Part shown: positions 1-14,590 of the stretch, in pieces
How positions within the stretch are numbered: the first letter of the stretch is position 1
Layout: each line of letters opens with the position of its first letter
From: Oikopleura dioica
Lineage: Eukaryota; Animalia; Chordata
NCBI GenBank assembly: GCA_907165135.1
Contig: OU015567.1
Coordinates: 10,416,001 to 10,480,000 of the forward strand
DNA: 64,000 nt
Reading direction: 5' to 3'
Translations under genes and position numbers: made by a program
Notes under the pieces: generated by a model
The model's input: the letters and a program-made list of their open reading frames with translations, nothing else
Databases searched by the model: none
What the model was told of the DNA's origin: nothing

Positions 1-3000
1 CCGAAGCGATTCCCAGCACAAGCCGGTTATTTCATTAATGAGACAGGATCAGATAGCATGGACTTTCAAGAACCATGTTTACCAGGATTTTTCCTCGCAA
101 AGACGGCATCGGAAGATATATTGGAGTGCACTCCTTGTCCTCCTGGATACTTCTGTCCCGATGAAGCCATGGACTATCAGCTCGGATGCCCAGAAGGCTC
201 TTATTGCGTTGAAACTGAAACTGTGGCAGATGTTAATTCTACCGAACCAGCACTTTGTCCAGAAGGATACTTCTGTGACAGAACAAACAAGATCGAAAAA
301 TGCCCAGCCGGCTATTACTGCCCAGAAGGTTCAGCGTTCCCAACAACTTGTCCTCCCGGAACATATTGTCCAGAAGACGGGCAATGTGGCTATGATAAAT
401 TTACAGGGGAAGATCTGGGTATTTCTGCAAATAATACTTCGCCTTGCCGATGTTCTTCCGGATACTTTGAGCTTGAAGAGTCAAAGAGAGAATCTGAAGA
501 AGATACTTGCCAAGCATGCCCACCCGGTTATTACAGGGAGCTAGACACTCGCGTAACAGAGTCTTGTTTACCATGCCGAAGTGGTGTTCTTTGTTTCTCA
601 CCAGCAATTACTGACTTATGGAACGTAACGATCGCGAATAACACGAATACTATCAAGTGTCCTGATGGGTACTTTTGTCCAGAAGCAGCTCTCGAGCCAA
701 TACCTTGTCCCCAAGGAACATATTACAATCTGAATGAGACTGACAATCTCGGTTTAGAATTCGAAGAAGTTTGCGAGCTTTGCCCTGTGAATACATTTTC
801 AAATTATGAAAGATCCTTTGAATGTTCTCCTTGTGGGGATCTTGCTGAACAAAAACAAGAAGGAATGAACAAATGCCAGTGCTATGGCAAAAACCGCGTG
901 TTCCAACCATCAAGTGGAAACTGCCCATGTCGAACAGGCTATAAAGCTTCCGAAGAAGATGGCGAGGAAGGTGATTGTCGACGAGTAATTTATGAAATCT
1001 GCGCTTCCGATCAGTTCCGAAAGTCAGATGGTAAATGCCTCACAGAAGATGCACTTGAAGAAGATTGCAGAAATTCCGGGTGTCCGGCCGGTACTTTTGT
1101 CGGCGTCAATACTCAGCTTGGAATCTGTGAATGCAAAGTTAGTCCTCTCGACGAAACCTGTGATATCAACTGCAGAAGAGCAAATGAAGAAATTTTCAAG
1201 TTTAAGTGTCCAGATCCGCTTGATGGAGATGAACCGACATTTGTTATCGACGGAATCGAAACAGATATCGGTGGTCTGAATATCGAATCTGTCGTATGCG
1301 AAAACAGTGAAGAATCAGATCAGTCAATTTTTATCGTTTCGATGGAGAATGAGCAGTTCTTAGGTTTGTACAACCCTGATCCTTCTGAACTTGCTGATTT
1401 ACTCATTCCATCTCGACGAAAACGAAGACAAGCTGATCAAATTGCCCCTCGAGAAGGACTTGGAGCATCAATTATTGAACAACCAGTCGTTTGTTTCGAG
1501 CTAAATCAAGTTGTCATGTTCATGGTTGATCAAAACAACTTCCCTGTTTATGATGATACAATCCTCTTCAATGAAGGAGACTTCGACAATGGCGCATTCT
1601 TACAGCTCGAAGAAGATCTACAGTCCGTTACAGAGCCGACTCCTTTCTTTTATCAGTTCAGAAGCCCCGGTGTTTTCAATTCGCCTTGGTAGAAATGAAC
1701 CTGCCCGTCATATTTACATCCAAGTTATGGAAGAGGAAGGCACATGCTTTAGCACAGGCCCATTCTTTTCTGCGAGTCCAAGATCATTGAACCAAGCGAA
1801 TGTTGAGCAGAATCAGCAATTGTTACTCGAGCCCGATTGGATATTTATTTTCTCTTTCATCGGTCTTCTTCTCTTTATTATTCTCCTCTGCCTATTTATC
1901 TATTGGCTTACCGACAGATATGGTTGGTACCAGACCGTTTACACCGATACTTGGTACCATCGTTTCAATCTTGGAATGAACCTCTTTGGCTACCACAGCC
2001 GCCAGGCCGACACAAAGATGGAACACAAACTTCATCCTTCTGCAAAAATCGGAGTTGTAAAAGAAGATGAGCTTCCAGAAGACGAACTCTTTGATTACAA
2101 AGAGCAAAAGAAGGTCGAGGACTTCCGTGCTGACAATGTTTTCAGTCTAATTGACACTGAAGTGCACCGTGCAAAGATCGAACTTGATGACCAGGCTGCC
2201 AATGCTGACCTCGCCTATGCTCAGACAGAAGCAGAGACAGAATCACTCAAGAGAATCTGGAAGAATCGACTTAACAAGATGAAGAATAATGACAACCAGG
2301 GCATAAGTCAAGATGATCTCGACGAATTTTCAAGAACTGAGTCCGAGATCATGCGAGAAATCGCCCGCAGAAAAGCAATTGGTGAAGCGAATGCTGCTCA
2401 ACTCAAGGCGCTTTCAACAGCAGAGCGTAAGAAACTGAAAGCTGACGCTGAATTTGATGCAAATTTCATGGCACTTGCTACTGAGCTCATGGCATCAACG
2501 TCGGAGACCAGAAAAGACGAGATATCTTCGAAAATGCGTGGTCAAATCGAGTCCCAGCAGCGCGATTTGCTTACATCCGATTTCAAATTAATGAAAGGTG
2601 GAAATAACGAAGATACATACAGTCGCGAAGAACTTTTCGGTTCTGATGGCAAACTGCTCAGGTCTGATCTTATCTCTCAAGATGCATCGACTGGACTTCT
2701 CATTCCAGCCACAGGATCGAGCGCAAAATGCCTCAAAACGGACGTTATTATCACAATAACAGAAGATCACTGCATCTCACCAGCTACTGGCAGAATTTTC
2801 CCAATTCGTGGAAATGTTCTTCTCGATCCAGGCCGCCTCAGACTTCTTGTTTTCGACGAAATCACTGCAGATGTTTCGAACTGTCTGTTGATACCCTTCG
2901 ATTCTTCCGATAAAGCTCTTCAGACTGTCAAAGTTCAGAGTCCAGCAAATTTCCGACTTTGGAAGAGCGTAATCGACAGTACTACTGGTCTTACTGTTCC

Positions 3001-6000
3001 AATCATGGCTGCGAAAATTGTTGATAAAAGCTGCGTTCCCGTCGGCAAATCTACAACATCTGCTGTCACTGGCCTTCTTGTTCCGCAAGAGCCGTACGGA
3101 ATGACAGATCATCAAGATGATCAGCGACAACTCTATCTGTTCGAAACCAAAGATCACCAAGATTTCATCGCCGAAAGAAAAATTCATTTATTTGAGCTTC
3201 TTCTCGACGAGCTTGAAAAAGAAGATCCAAGTCTTGGCGAAATCAAGAGTCTTATTGATAGAATCAATTCAGCAGTTCAAAGCCAAATGGAATATGCCCA
3301 GACGAAACTATCTCTTCTTGACTCTCAATGGCGTAATTTTACGAATTTGGGAAGATTCGGCGGAGTTATCGGATACATGGAATTTAAGGACACCGGAAAG
3401 CTTCTTCCTGTTATTCACGGCTGGAAGGTCAATGATTGTCCGATTCTAAATATTCATTACGATTACGAAAACGAGAAAGACATTCCTCTTTATCTTTCTA
3501 AATCTGGCGAGCCAGTAACTATTGGAACAGAAACTAAGAACAAGTCTGGACAATCAGGTTACGTTACTGGTTTGAAATGGTCCAACAAGTTGAAGGTGGT
3601 CGAGGAAGTCATCCAAGTCGGACCATTCTTACCAAGACACACTCCAAATTACGTTAACGCCTTTGAACTTGAATACGGCGCTAGAATGAATTTTATCAAA
3701 AAGTAAAGCTCATTGCTGACAAGACTGCTGTCGACTTGGCTGATAAGAATACTCCGATAAGAAATGATCTGGTCAACCTCAAGCTGGACAAAGATGACAT
3801 CAAGTACTACTCTCAGCAAATTAAGGAGACAGCGAAAGATCTCAGAAGACTACTCGAAATTGAAGAAAAACGCAGAAAGAATAAAATTATGCAGCTGGAA
3901 AACTCCGTTTCAAGCAGCGTCGTAAGCGTTTTGACCGATTCCGATCAAATAGAAAAGAAAATCTTGGAAGACGCAACTAGCGCTCTCGATCGACTGGATA
4001 GAAAACTTTTCAACTACATCGAAAAAGTTGAAGATGAAGAGCAAAACTATCAAGACCGCCTTGCTGATATTGTTGGGACTGAAGATATGAATCAACTAGC
4101 TATGCTTGAGCGACGACACGAGCTTGCCCAAGCTCGAGTTTTCTCTGAATTTGTCGAGCAAATTGATATCAAATTGCACTACGTTCTTCTTCAGCTGAAT
4201 CTTCTTGGATACATCGAAGATATGGCAAAGGTCAACGCAAATATCGCCAAAGATCTTGTTCGCGGAACAATCTACGAGTCTTCTTCAGTCATCAATGCCG
4301 ATATGAATATCCGTCTTCGAAAGAAACGAGATGATCGCGGAGAAAAGTTCCTTGAAAAGTTAAAAGAAATGATGACGATTCTCGAACCTAACAGTAAATA
4401 TGGCTTGTTCCATACTGACAAGATCGCTGTTGAAGGAGGTGGTAAGAATCTCGAAGGATCTTCATCTGATGATATCTTCCAAATGGTCGAAAAGAATAAA
4501 TACGCTCTTAAACACATGCTTGACGCGGAATACGGCAACAAATTAGACGAAGCATACGAAATGTACGACAAAAAAGCGAGCGATGAACTAGAACAGCTAC
4601 GAAGAGAAGTTTTGTCCACTATTCCATCGGATCAAAATTCACGCAAAGAAAGCTTCAGGCAGTTCAACGATCAAGCAAAACGAATCATTGCGGAAAACGA
4701 AAGAGCAAAAGCAATCGCAGCCGCTAGAATTGTTGATGAGGCTAAGCGGGAAGGAAAACTCAAGGTCAGAAAATTCGAAAATGATCATCGAAGCGAGCTG
4801 GACAAAGCTGGTCTGTCGAATCTTTTAACTGAGCAGGAAGTGGACGATTACGTCGACGAAATGGCCGCACGGCACAAAGCGATCCATGAAATGTCGCGAG
4901 ACAAAATCGAACATTTGTCTAAGATCGACGACAGTCTTTGGGAAGACATTTTCCGTCGAGAAATCGCGCCATTCTTCCAGCAAGCAGGTCTCAAGGATGA
5001 CGATCTCGACGACATGTTCTCCGATCTTATGGCAAGTGCGAACCTTGAAGCTTCAGAAATTGAGCTCGTTACGGACTCAATTGATATTCATCAGTCGGAA
5101 ATCAACGATCTGGCTCAAAACATCGCGGAAATTGAAATTTTCAAGCAAATGCAACGGTCAATTGAAGACAACGACGACCTCTCCCGAGCTGAAAAAGATA
5201 AACTCATCCGTGAACTTGAAGAAGCTCGGCGAAGAGCTCGAGAAAATGCTGATGCTGCTAGACAGAGACAAAAAGATCGTCTCCGAGATAGGCTGGCGCA
5301 AAGACGAGGTCTGGTGGAGCGTGGAATGAGTATTTCCGAAGCGGATAAAATTCTTGATGATATTCATCTGTCTGACGATGCATCTGAAACCGATGAAAAA
5401 CAGGAAGACTCTGAAATGAGAGATGAACTGAAGGAAAATATGCTCAAATCGGCAGAAGAAGAGGCTAAAAACAAGCTGAAGAGGAAAACCTCGATCCTTC
5501 TGATGCAGAGCGATTGATGCAAGAACACCTCAGAAAAGCTCAAGACCAATACGACGCTGAAGCTCTCAAAAAACAACAAGAGCGGGAAGCTCTCCGAAAA
5601 CGAATGAAAGACCTCGCTGCGCTGAAAGCTGCGAAACGAGCCGCTGAAGCTGCCGCAAAAAAAAAACGCGAAGAAGATCTTGCTCGAGAAAATGAAGAGT
5701 TTGCGAACATTGCCGGCGGTGCAGCAGATCCAGCAGAAGTTTATCGTATAATGGCAAAACGACACGCACGAGAAATGGAAGATTTAGAACAAGCATTTTT
5801 CAGAGACCAAGAAATGGCAAAACTTGAGAAACAGAACAAAATTAGAGAAGAGCGCATGAAACTTCGCGAAAACATAACTGATCCAGAAGAACTGGCTAAA
5901 TTCGACGCTGAAACTGAACGGCTTCTTGCAGAAGCAGCAAAGATGACACCAGAAGATCAACTTGAGCTGATTAGACGCAAAAATGAACTGAAAGAACGGC

Positions 6001-7572
6001 AAATGAAGGAGGTTCAAGATGCGCTAGAAAAACTATCACCTGAGTATGCAATGAAACTTGATGCAGAACGAAAAGCGCAGCAAAAAGCTGAAATGGAAAA
6101 AGCCTCAAGAGAGGAAGCAGCAAAGGCAATGGCTCTTGAGATCGAACGGCAGAAGAAAGAAAAGCTCAGACGGCTCGAACAGCTTGAGGCGGAGCAACGC
6201 AGAAAGGACGAAGAAATGGCGAAAAAGGCGCAAGAAGAAGCTGCTGCGGAACGCGCAAAATTAGAAAAACGAAAAGCGATGGAGGAAAAGCGACTTGAGC
6301 AGAAAACTCAATCAAAGATCCGAGAAGGTAGTTTTCATATTATATTTCCACCTTTATTAATCTGATAATTTAGCCGCTTCTGACGAAGACGTTGATCAGC
6401 TTATGGCCGATCTCAATGCTCAGAAAGACATTCTCAACGCCAAGTACGCCAACCGACACGCTGCTCATCGAAAACAAATCGAAGAGCGTCTCCGAGCTCG
6501 ACAAGTCAAAAATGCCCAGAAAGCACAGCTTGAAGCCGAGTTATCCGATCTCAACCAACTTGACTTTTCTCTTCCTACAGAAGAAGAGCTTCGTGAGCAA
6601 GTTCTACAGCTTGACGTCAGCGAGTATGCAGCGAACCCTCTCGCGATTTTGAAAGAGTTGCCTGTTATGAAGAGCATTCAAGAGTTTGAAAAGCGAATTG
6701 CCGAGCAAATGACGCTAGATGCAAATAAACCGGTGAAAGGCTCAATCGGAATGCCGTTTATCGACGTCTTCGACATCGAAAATCCAACAAATGGAGAATT
6801 GAGCGTCATTGAAAAGTGCCCTGAAGAGCTCAAGCCCAATTTCGAAATGGCAACGAGACTTATGGACGAACTTTGCTCCCGTGTCAACGCTCAGATTCCG
6901 ACGCTTCTGATCGCTGAAACGCTTCCACATACAAATTACAGCCATAATGTCTTCAGAAACTCCTATTTCTTCGATTCTAGAGCCAACCTCGGATACATCC
7001 ACGTTTCAAGAATGAGAGAACCAGGCCAACTTGCTCTTCTCATCGCGCATTTTGCCGCGCATTTGAAAGTGAACGAGTTTACGAACGATTCCGACCTCGG
7101 TTTCCTTTCCGCTTTCTTTGAAACTATCCGAATCTTGCTGCATCTATCTGCCAAGACGACATCCATGGATCATTCACGTGCCGCCGCGGATCACGATCTT
7201 CTGGAATCACGAGTCTATGGTCCTGCTTTGAGCTACCAGCCGATCAAGGATGGAATTGTCAATCTAAGATACGACCGAAAGAAAGAGCTTGCTGTCGCTG
7301 AACAACCGTCAAGGTAATATTTTTGATTTTTTCACCTTGAATTCAATTTTTCTAGGGCAATTATGCAAAATGGTCAGCCGACAAAAGCAACCAAATCTCG
7401 TCACCGTGATCATCTAACTGAACTCGAAGGAGAAACCAATCTCGAACTAGAGCAGCTTCGAAAAGGAAAAGCTCTTGCTTCAAAAGCTGGAGAAAAACAA
7501 CTCGCGGAGGAACTGGAAATTTTGATTCAAGAGAAGATCAAGATGATCGAAGGAATTCACGACAAAGCTTAA
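1..7572 (+). CDS. Giant type-I membrane protein (5' part upstream of window): Cys-rich GCC2/GCC3 (ephrin-receptor-like) repeats, one TM helix, long cytoplasmic coiled coil
   Basis: Frame open from base 1. Repeated CPxGxYCP motifs. RRKRR at 1414-1428. TM WIFIFSFIGLLLFIILLCLFIYWL at ~1840-1910. ORFs 58-1692, 1511-3706, 3736-5517 and 5514-6365 join by restoring 1-2 nt in T/A runs (~1675, ~3700, ~5470). Short GT-AG introns at ~6329-6372 and ~7314-7355. Confidence 0.75.
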
Positions 7573-7773
7573 ACTGAAAAAATCCCCACACATGTTCTTT
7601 GTAAATACACACTTCATTGTTCAACAATTTAACTTTCGAGGGGTTTATTACCGTCAGGAAGAAAGCAAGTGTCAGACGAAATTATTTATGCAGGTCTTCA
7701 TATGATCATTAGACATCGTAAAAATGCAACAAGATGCAGTTTCTGCCTCATTATTATTCGTAGACAGTGATCA

Positions 7774-8872
7774 ATGTTGAGCATTATTTTTTGGATAATT
7801 TTACGCTTTTCAAGAGCAGATAGCTGTGTTTTATTTGACCTGAATTGCAAAGAGAACGATGCAGTTTTATCATTGAACGAGACTTGTTTTAATCTGAGAG
7901 AGCCTAGTTTTGATAAAAATTTCACAAACCTGTTCGTTTCAAAGACTACAGAGCTTACTGAAATCGCAATCAATATTTATTCTTGCTGATAAAGATGCAA
8001 CCGCTAGACTAAATTATGTTCTCTCGACTGATGGGTCGACGAAAACAACTCAAAGTATTTCAGCGCCGACCGATTATTACTTTGAAAAAGTTTTTCATAT
8101 TCTGTGGAAAGATGAAAGCTACGTCTTTGGGGGATCATTGGATTATTATAAGGTGAAGATTTTTCAATAAAACAACTTCATAAATAAGAGATTGCGAAAT
8201 TGAGCTGCTGCGAGCTCTCCGAGTTGTCGATTCGACTCACCCTTGCAGCTGATAACAAATCATCGGGAATTGTTCATAAGGACGAGTCTGGAGTCTTAGT
8301 CTGTTTCTCTGATGACACCAAGACTTGCGAGTTTTTCGACGGTGCTTCTGTTTCGACCTTCAGCGCGATGACAAACGCCAATCATAAAATAAAGGGTTCA
8401 TTCATAATGAAGAATTTCTTCAATTGTAAAATATTAAAAAGAAAGAACTCCTGAATAGGATCATGTCTTATCAAATATAAAAATTTGCCGCTGGTAGTCG
8501 GTGGAAGTCAAACTTCAAAATCTATAACAAATAAGATAGTTGAACAACTTGATGGCGATCTAACCTGGACTAGTACTGCTTATCAACATCCAATGTAATT
8601 CATTTCTATAGCAAGAAATCTGTTTATCAAAAAATAAGTGCTCGCCGAAGTCATACATGTATGGAGGTCGAGAATGGAGTTTTAGTTCTTGGCGGGATAA
8701 ATTCAGACGGAAATGAGCTTCAACGTATCGATTTGCTTTGAAATGATGCTTGGACAACAGTTGGTTCTCTTCAATATCGTCTGGATGAAGGCAGTCGTGC
8801 TTTGTCATTTGGGCAAGTGGTCAAAAGAAATTCATATTTTTTAACAATTACTTGTTGACCAAAACAAGCACC
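7774..8872 (+). pseudogene. Kelch-like beta-propeller gene with signal-peptide-like start, probably disrupted
   Basis: Kelch-like blades (YVFGGSLD, LVVGGSQ, VLVLGGI) split by short introns. In-frame TGA at 8739-8741 (LL*NDAW). Frame break near 7980. LTR element inserted at the 3' end. Confidence 0.5.
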
Positions 8873-9128
8873 TGAAGGGATCCTAGCTTCTGCTGAATCT
8901 CCCACTTCTAGCGTAGTTTGCCTGCTCTCTATATCTGGACGAAGGAAGAAAACGAGTAAAGTATCTTTGACGTCTGTATTTCGAGCTGGAGTAAAATAGA
9001 GGTTAATTCACGAACTGCGAGAATTACCGAATGAAGAGAAATACACGGCGGCGACCGAGCAAAGCTCGATCTAGATAAGCAAGTGACCTTAGGGGACGAG
9101 GGAGTCTAACGAATCTAAGATCCCAATA
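8873..9128 (-). repeat. 3' LTR (256 bp)
   Basis: Identical base-for-base to 15107-15362. Confidence 0.95.
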
Positions 9129-9135
9129 CCCCCCC
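9129..9135 (-). other. Polypurine tract (G7) adjacent to the 3' LTR
   Basis: Plus-strand C7 directly abutting the LTR end. Confidence 0.6.
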
Positions 9136-9438
9136 ATGAGACTGAAACGTCCTCTAAGGCCAAAGTGTGTGATTTTTGCAGGAGTATAAGCGTAAGATGA
9201 GTAACATGGCAGGTTCGAAACGTCGAGGCAGTCTGATTCGCGTTAAAAAACCCTTTTTTGGGAAAAAGCTTGAATCAGATGCGAAGTTTTCGTGATGTCC
9301 GAGCGGTGATGACATGAAGGAGTAGCTGCACATGTAGAAGAACTCAAAATACGTCGGCGACGGTAAACTGTGATAATTTCCGTACCTTTTCAGGCCCCGG
9401 TCGATGAATAGGGGACCTGAGTGGGGCAGTACTTGCGC

Positions 9439-12400
9439 TTAGTCGTATGACTGACCCGAGTTTGTGCCGATGTTTAGAGGTTCGACGGGCCTCGTTTCAC
9501 GGTGTGCTCGTTTTGTATGTTTCGGGAGATGAGCTGCTCCAACTTCGGTTAAAGTCGCATTCGGATCGGCGCCGGCTGAGTATTGACGATCTGGTGAAGA
9601 CTTTGGACGGGTTCTTTTCTTGCTGTTTTCAGTTGCTGAGCCCTCAACTACTGTTGAATTATGTTTATCGACTGACATATGGCTATTGTCGGGCGCAGCA
9701 ACCTCCGAAATCACTGTAGCATCAGCTGACATGTCCTCGGCAGTTTCATAAAGAGTACCACCAGAGTACCAGCGATCTGACGGCTCGGCTGGAGCTACCG
9801 ACGAGTCCAAAATAGATGTAGCGGTTGTATCTCCCAGATTTTCCATGTCCAATCGGCGTCTACTTTCCAAAATAGGTGATAGAGATGATCTTGGCGGTTT
9901 TTCCATAGCAACCATCGGAGTCGACGCGACCTGAGAAGATTTCCTCCCCCCATGCGACTTCGACCCGGACTTTTCCATCGGTTTGGAAGTAGGAACAGGC
10001 GATTTTTGTGGGACTTTCGACTTAACGATTTCGGTTAAATGTGGGAATACGTACTCGGCCTCGTAGTAATCAATCCAGCGTAAGTCGTGATTTCGTTCTG
10101 CGGCGTGAACCACGTGTTCTCGATGGATGAAATCACGTTGTCCTTTTTTATCTTCGACCATGACGACCCAGTCGTTGCTCGAAACGGCTTTCAGGGGACC
10201 TACCCAGCGTTCCTTCTTGCTTTTAGCGTCGGTCAGGTTTTCTCGCTTAATGTACACGACAGCGCCAGCGGGGATTGGTCTCGGCTTAGGCTCGTTTTTC
10301 AGCCTGTGCTCCATGGCTCGGTCAGCAGCTTCCATCGCAGTTTTCACAATGGCTTCCGCCGATTTCGCTAAAGCTCCCACATTGAGACCAAACACCTGAG
10401 GTGTTTCCGCTGTCATTTCTGCGCCAGTAGAGTGGGTGAAAGTACTTTTTCGGCCAAACCAAACTTCTCGCGGTGAAATTTTCGTGCTTTTGTTTTTCAC
10501 ACTATTGAGCGCGCGCATCACGTGGGGAACGCAGTCGGCCCAAGTTTTTCGACCGGAAGATGAGTTGACCATGCAGAATAGACTGTTTTTGATAGTCCGA
10601 TTCGCTCTTTCTGCGAAAGCGTTTGATTGAGGGTGAAATGCGGTACTTATTGTATGTTTTATCTGGTTAAGCTTACACATTTCGTCAATCACGCTTGCGC
10701 AGAAGTGGGTACCTCTGTCACTGTGTAGATGTTTCGGCAAGAAATCCATGGGAAGGAAGACCTTGTAGATGAGCGCTTTTGCAGCGCAGATAGCAGTGTC
10801 GGACCGCGTCGGAATGCACCAAGTGTAGCGAGAGAAAGTGTCCGCCACCACCAAATAATACTTGAATCCGCCAGCGGGAGGCATACAAGCGAAATCGATC
10901 TGAATCGATTCGCCAGCTGTTTTTCCACGACGAAGGGTTCCAAGTGGCGGTTTGGTACGAGTTCCAGCAGATCCTTTTCTGCGTAGGCAAGGGACGCAGC
11001 TGTGGACGTAGTTAGAAACATCGTCTTGAAATGAAGGCCACCAAACGTCCTCTAATCGCTCTAAAGTCCGCGGCTCGCCCAGATGACCGGACAAGTCGTG
11101 AGCTAGAAAGAGAAAGTGACTTTTACCGCTTCCGGTACCACCGCCCGCGCGCCAGATTTGAATTGACACATCAAGCACCCGGTAGTGTTATCCAGGAACA
11201 GAGCTTTTTCCATCTTGAGTAGAGACGATTGTCGGTGGTCGGAGTCCTTCACCAGCGATTTTATGTCCAGTGGCTCCTTACCAGATTCCAGAAAAGTGAT
11301 GATTGCACTCAGAGCAGAGTCCTCCCTTTGATAGTCCAGAATGTTATTATAATTCGCTGACACCAACGGAATCTCCATTGGCGCCGCGATAGCCTTGACG
11401 TTTACCTTATGTATCTTCACCTCTGATAAAGTGATTTTCTCCGGAAACTGATTTTCGTTCCAGAAAGGGACGAAGACACGTACTGGTGAATTCTTGTCGA
11501 TTTCGTACTCGCGACCAACGGGAAACTCAGAGTCGTATCCAAGTGATTTGTCGTCCTCGCCAGGTCTGCGGCTCATAAAGTCGGCGAATTGATTTTCTGA
11601 TCCCTTGATGTAGACAATGTGAAAATCGAATTCTTCCAATCGGCTTTGCCATCGGCTTATTTTAGAATTCTTGAACTTCTTTTTGTGTAGGAAGATCAAA
11701 GATCGGTGGTCTGTGTGAATCTGAAAGAATCTACCTTTCAGGAGCTTTTCCAGTCGCTCGCAGCACCAGACAATGCTAAACATTTCCTTTTCTGAAGTGT
11801 TCCATTTTCTTTCAGCTTTGTTGAAGGTGTGGGAAATCGCGCTTACTAGGTGCACTCTCCCGCCATACTCTTGTAGCAGGACGCCACCCGCTGCGTACAG
11901 GCTCGCGTCTGTGTAGAGATGAAAAGACTCGTCAAAGTTAGGAAAACTTATGACTGGAGTCTCGGAGAGTCGTCGTTGAATTTCCTTGAGCGCCAAATCC
12001 GCTTCTTTGGTCCACTTGAAACAATTTGTTTCGTTCGCCGAATTTCGAACATCGTTTATGGGCTTCATTCTGCTCGAGAAGCAACCGGATGAAATAGCTT
12101 CGCCCATTTTCGTTTCTAGAAAACCTCGGATCCAATTCAATGACCCGATTAATGAAGCTAACTCCTTTTGGGAGCGTGGGGGTTTCATCTGACGAAGAGC
12201 GGAGACTTGCGCAGGGTCCGGTTTGATTCCATCTTCGTTGATGATTCGGCCCAAAAAAGTGAGCTTCGGATTGTAGGAAAGAGCACTTTTCGCCCTTGAG
12301 TTTAGCGTTAAACTTGCGGAGCGCGATGAATAGGTTTCGGAGAGTGTTGTAATAGCAGCTGAAAGTCTTCCCAAAACACACTATGTCATCGATATAAGAA

Positions 12401-14590
12401 AGCATCTTTTTCCTGGTGGGGCTTGAGTCGAGAATTGTGTTTACGACGCGCGAGAATATATTCCCCGAGCATCGATAACCGAATGGTAGTCTGCAGAAGG
12501 CGTAAGATTTCCCACCCCACTGGAAGGAAGTCTTGTACCTGTCGCTTTTCTTTACAGGGCACTGCCAATATCCACTTCGTAGATCAACTGTGGCGAAAAC
12601 TTATTGCCCGGTCCAATGTTCGCAATCGTATCCTCCATGCTTGGGAGATGGTAAGGGTCGGATTTGTCGGAGAGGCATTTGTTCAGGCTGTTTTTGTAGT
12701 TGATGCAGAAGCGCATTTCCCCAGATTTCTTAGGAATAGGCAATACCGGGCTGTTAAACCCTTTCTGGTCTTTGATCTCTTCTATTATTTTCGTTTCGAG
12801 CAGTTCGGAGATGTGATCGCTGACCTGACCATGAAAAGCTTGCGGAATCGGGTGTTGACTGATGTTTCGACTCGTACCATCAGTCGGGATTTCGATCTCG
12901 AACGGGAATTCACCCATTTTTGACCGTCGCAGCCGAATCTGTCGTCGAATTCCAAACACAGCTCGGCGACCACCTTCTTTTGCCCCGGGTCGGCGTTTGC
13001 TGGTAGGGTAATTCCGAGTTTTTGCTTCGCTAGCTGAATGGGGCACCTGGCTGCGTTCTTGTTAGGTGCGTCCAGCTTTGGGACTTTTGGTGGCGGTTGA
13101 GTGCGGGATCGATCGCTATCCTTGACCGCTGATCTAGTAGTCAAGTATTTCTTGATTTTGGTCCGCTTCACTCCGTCCAGCTTCACCACTTGAGTCTCAG
13201 TTTGTGTGAAGGCTTCGTTGTAGCAAAATGAGAGAGTACGATTCTTATTGTCGACTGTGAAGCTGTCCGTCATCGCATTCTCTAGTATATCGCGGCCCAG
13301 TAGACTTGGGTATTTACTGCCTGGCATAATGGTGAGATTCAGGGAGAATGCAGGGCCACCATTGAATGATAAGCGGCAGGGAAGGATACCCATCGGCTGC
13401 TCGGCGGGAATATTTGGGCTGAAACCGGTGACCTTGAAGGGGCAGGGCTTCAGCATCTGGAGAAATTTGTCGGGAACGTAAGCAGCGGACAGACAGGAGG
13501 ACTCGGCTCCGCTGTCGACTTCCATCGATACGTCAAAACTTTTAGAGCCCGTAATGATGGTAGCCGAAGCGAAATAAGCCTTTCCTGGTCGCTTCTTCTT
13601 CACTGTGTAAAAGTGAACATCGAATGGTTGGAAATCTTCGACGTTCTTAGTCGTATTAATCTTCTTGGATTCTGGTTGTTTATCGTCTTTCCCATCCTTA
13701 GAATCGGTGCTGGCGCGCTTAGCATTCTTCTTCTTTTTGTTCTTATTTCTGTTGAAGTGCTGGGAGACGGTCGCGCTGTCAACTCGATTCTGTCTTGTGG
13801 ATTGGGCGAGACGGCAGAGTTCGTTGATATCGTAAACTTTTGATAGGCTTGGAAGGATTGCGTTGAAAACGTCTGGTTCTTCTTTCCTAAGATTCAAGTA
13901 CAGCATCATCGTCGAGAATATGTCGAATATTTCATCGACCCCGGCGTCGGCTGACTTCTCTTGTCGGTAAGAGTTCAAAGTCGCTTGCTTCGCCTCGTTC
14001 ATCTTTTGCAAGACGTTGGCGGTGTAGTGTGCAAACGGCTTCGAATGGTCGTATTCGACGTCGAAAACTTCGCTTAGCTTCAGTAAGTAGTGACTCTTCG
14101 CGGCGAATGATTTCTCTAGCAGCGCCTTGGCCGATTTCCAGTCTTGACAATTCAGAAATTCGGTTCCAAGTGAGCGTTCGATGTTCAAGTCGAAGTGGCT
14201 GTACACTGCTGCGATGAAAGGCTGTTCACGTGAAGGTCTGTCGCGGACGTAGGCGCGGTGATAAATGTCGGCTCTGCCCAAGAAGGTGTTGAAAGATGTG
14301 TTGCATGCGGCGTCCAGCTTCGGCAAGTCTTGGACGTGACGAGACCAGGTAGTGGCCACCCATGCTTCTTCTCTCATTGTAGCATTCGTAGATTCTTTTC
14401 CTTGATCGAGCTCGCAGGTAAGAAGCGTTGTACTGAGCTGTTCTAATTTTACTCTGCTTTCTGTGATCAAGGGCTCTAGGCTTGGCTTAAGTGATTCGTC
14501 ATTTCGCACTTGTTCTTCGAGGTAGTTTACTCGATCGTTTATGCTTCTTATTTCGGTGACGGTTTCTAGCAGTGATTTGTTCGCCGCCAT
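9439..14590 (-). CDS. Gag-Pol polyprotein (gag, aspartic protease, RT, RNase H, integrase with long disordered C-terminal tail); 5 single-base frame breaks
   Basis: Protease VDSGAES. RT TVDLRSGYWQ, RLPFG and YIDD. RNase H YTDAS, EKEM, HTDHRSL and ADFMSR. Integrase H-H-C-C, IQIDF, HSDRG and AERANRTIK, plus a GPY/F-like RWVGPLK. Frame breaks at ~12920, ~12597, ~12552, ~12255 and ~11122 all fall in A/T runs. Confidence 0.92.

Noticed and set aside
9136-9438. env or third ORF in the LTR element
   Set aside because: Only ~300 nt lie between the pol stop and the PPT, with no signal-peptide or TM ORF.
12900-12930. Programmed gag-pol ribosomal frameshift at CAAAAAT
   Set aside because: It falls after the protease. 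Four similar breaks lie inside RT, RNase H and integrase, and the same pattern occurs in host genes, so homopolymer error is more parsimonious.
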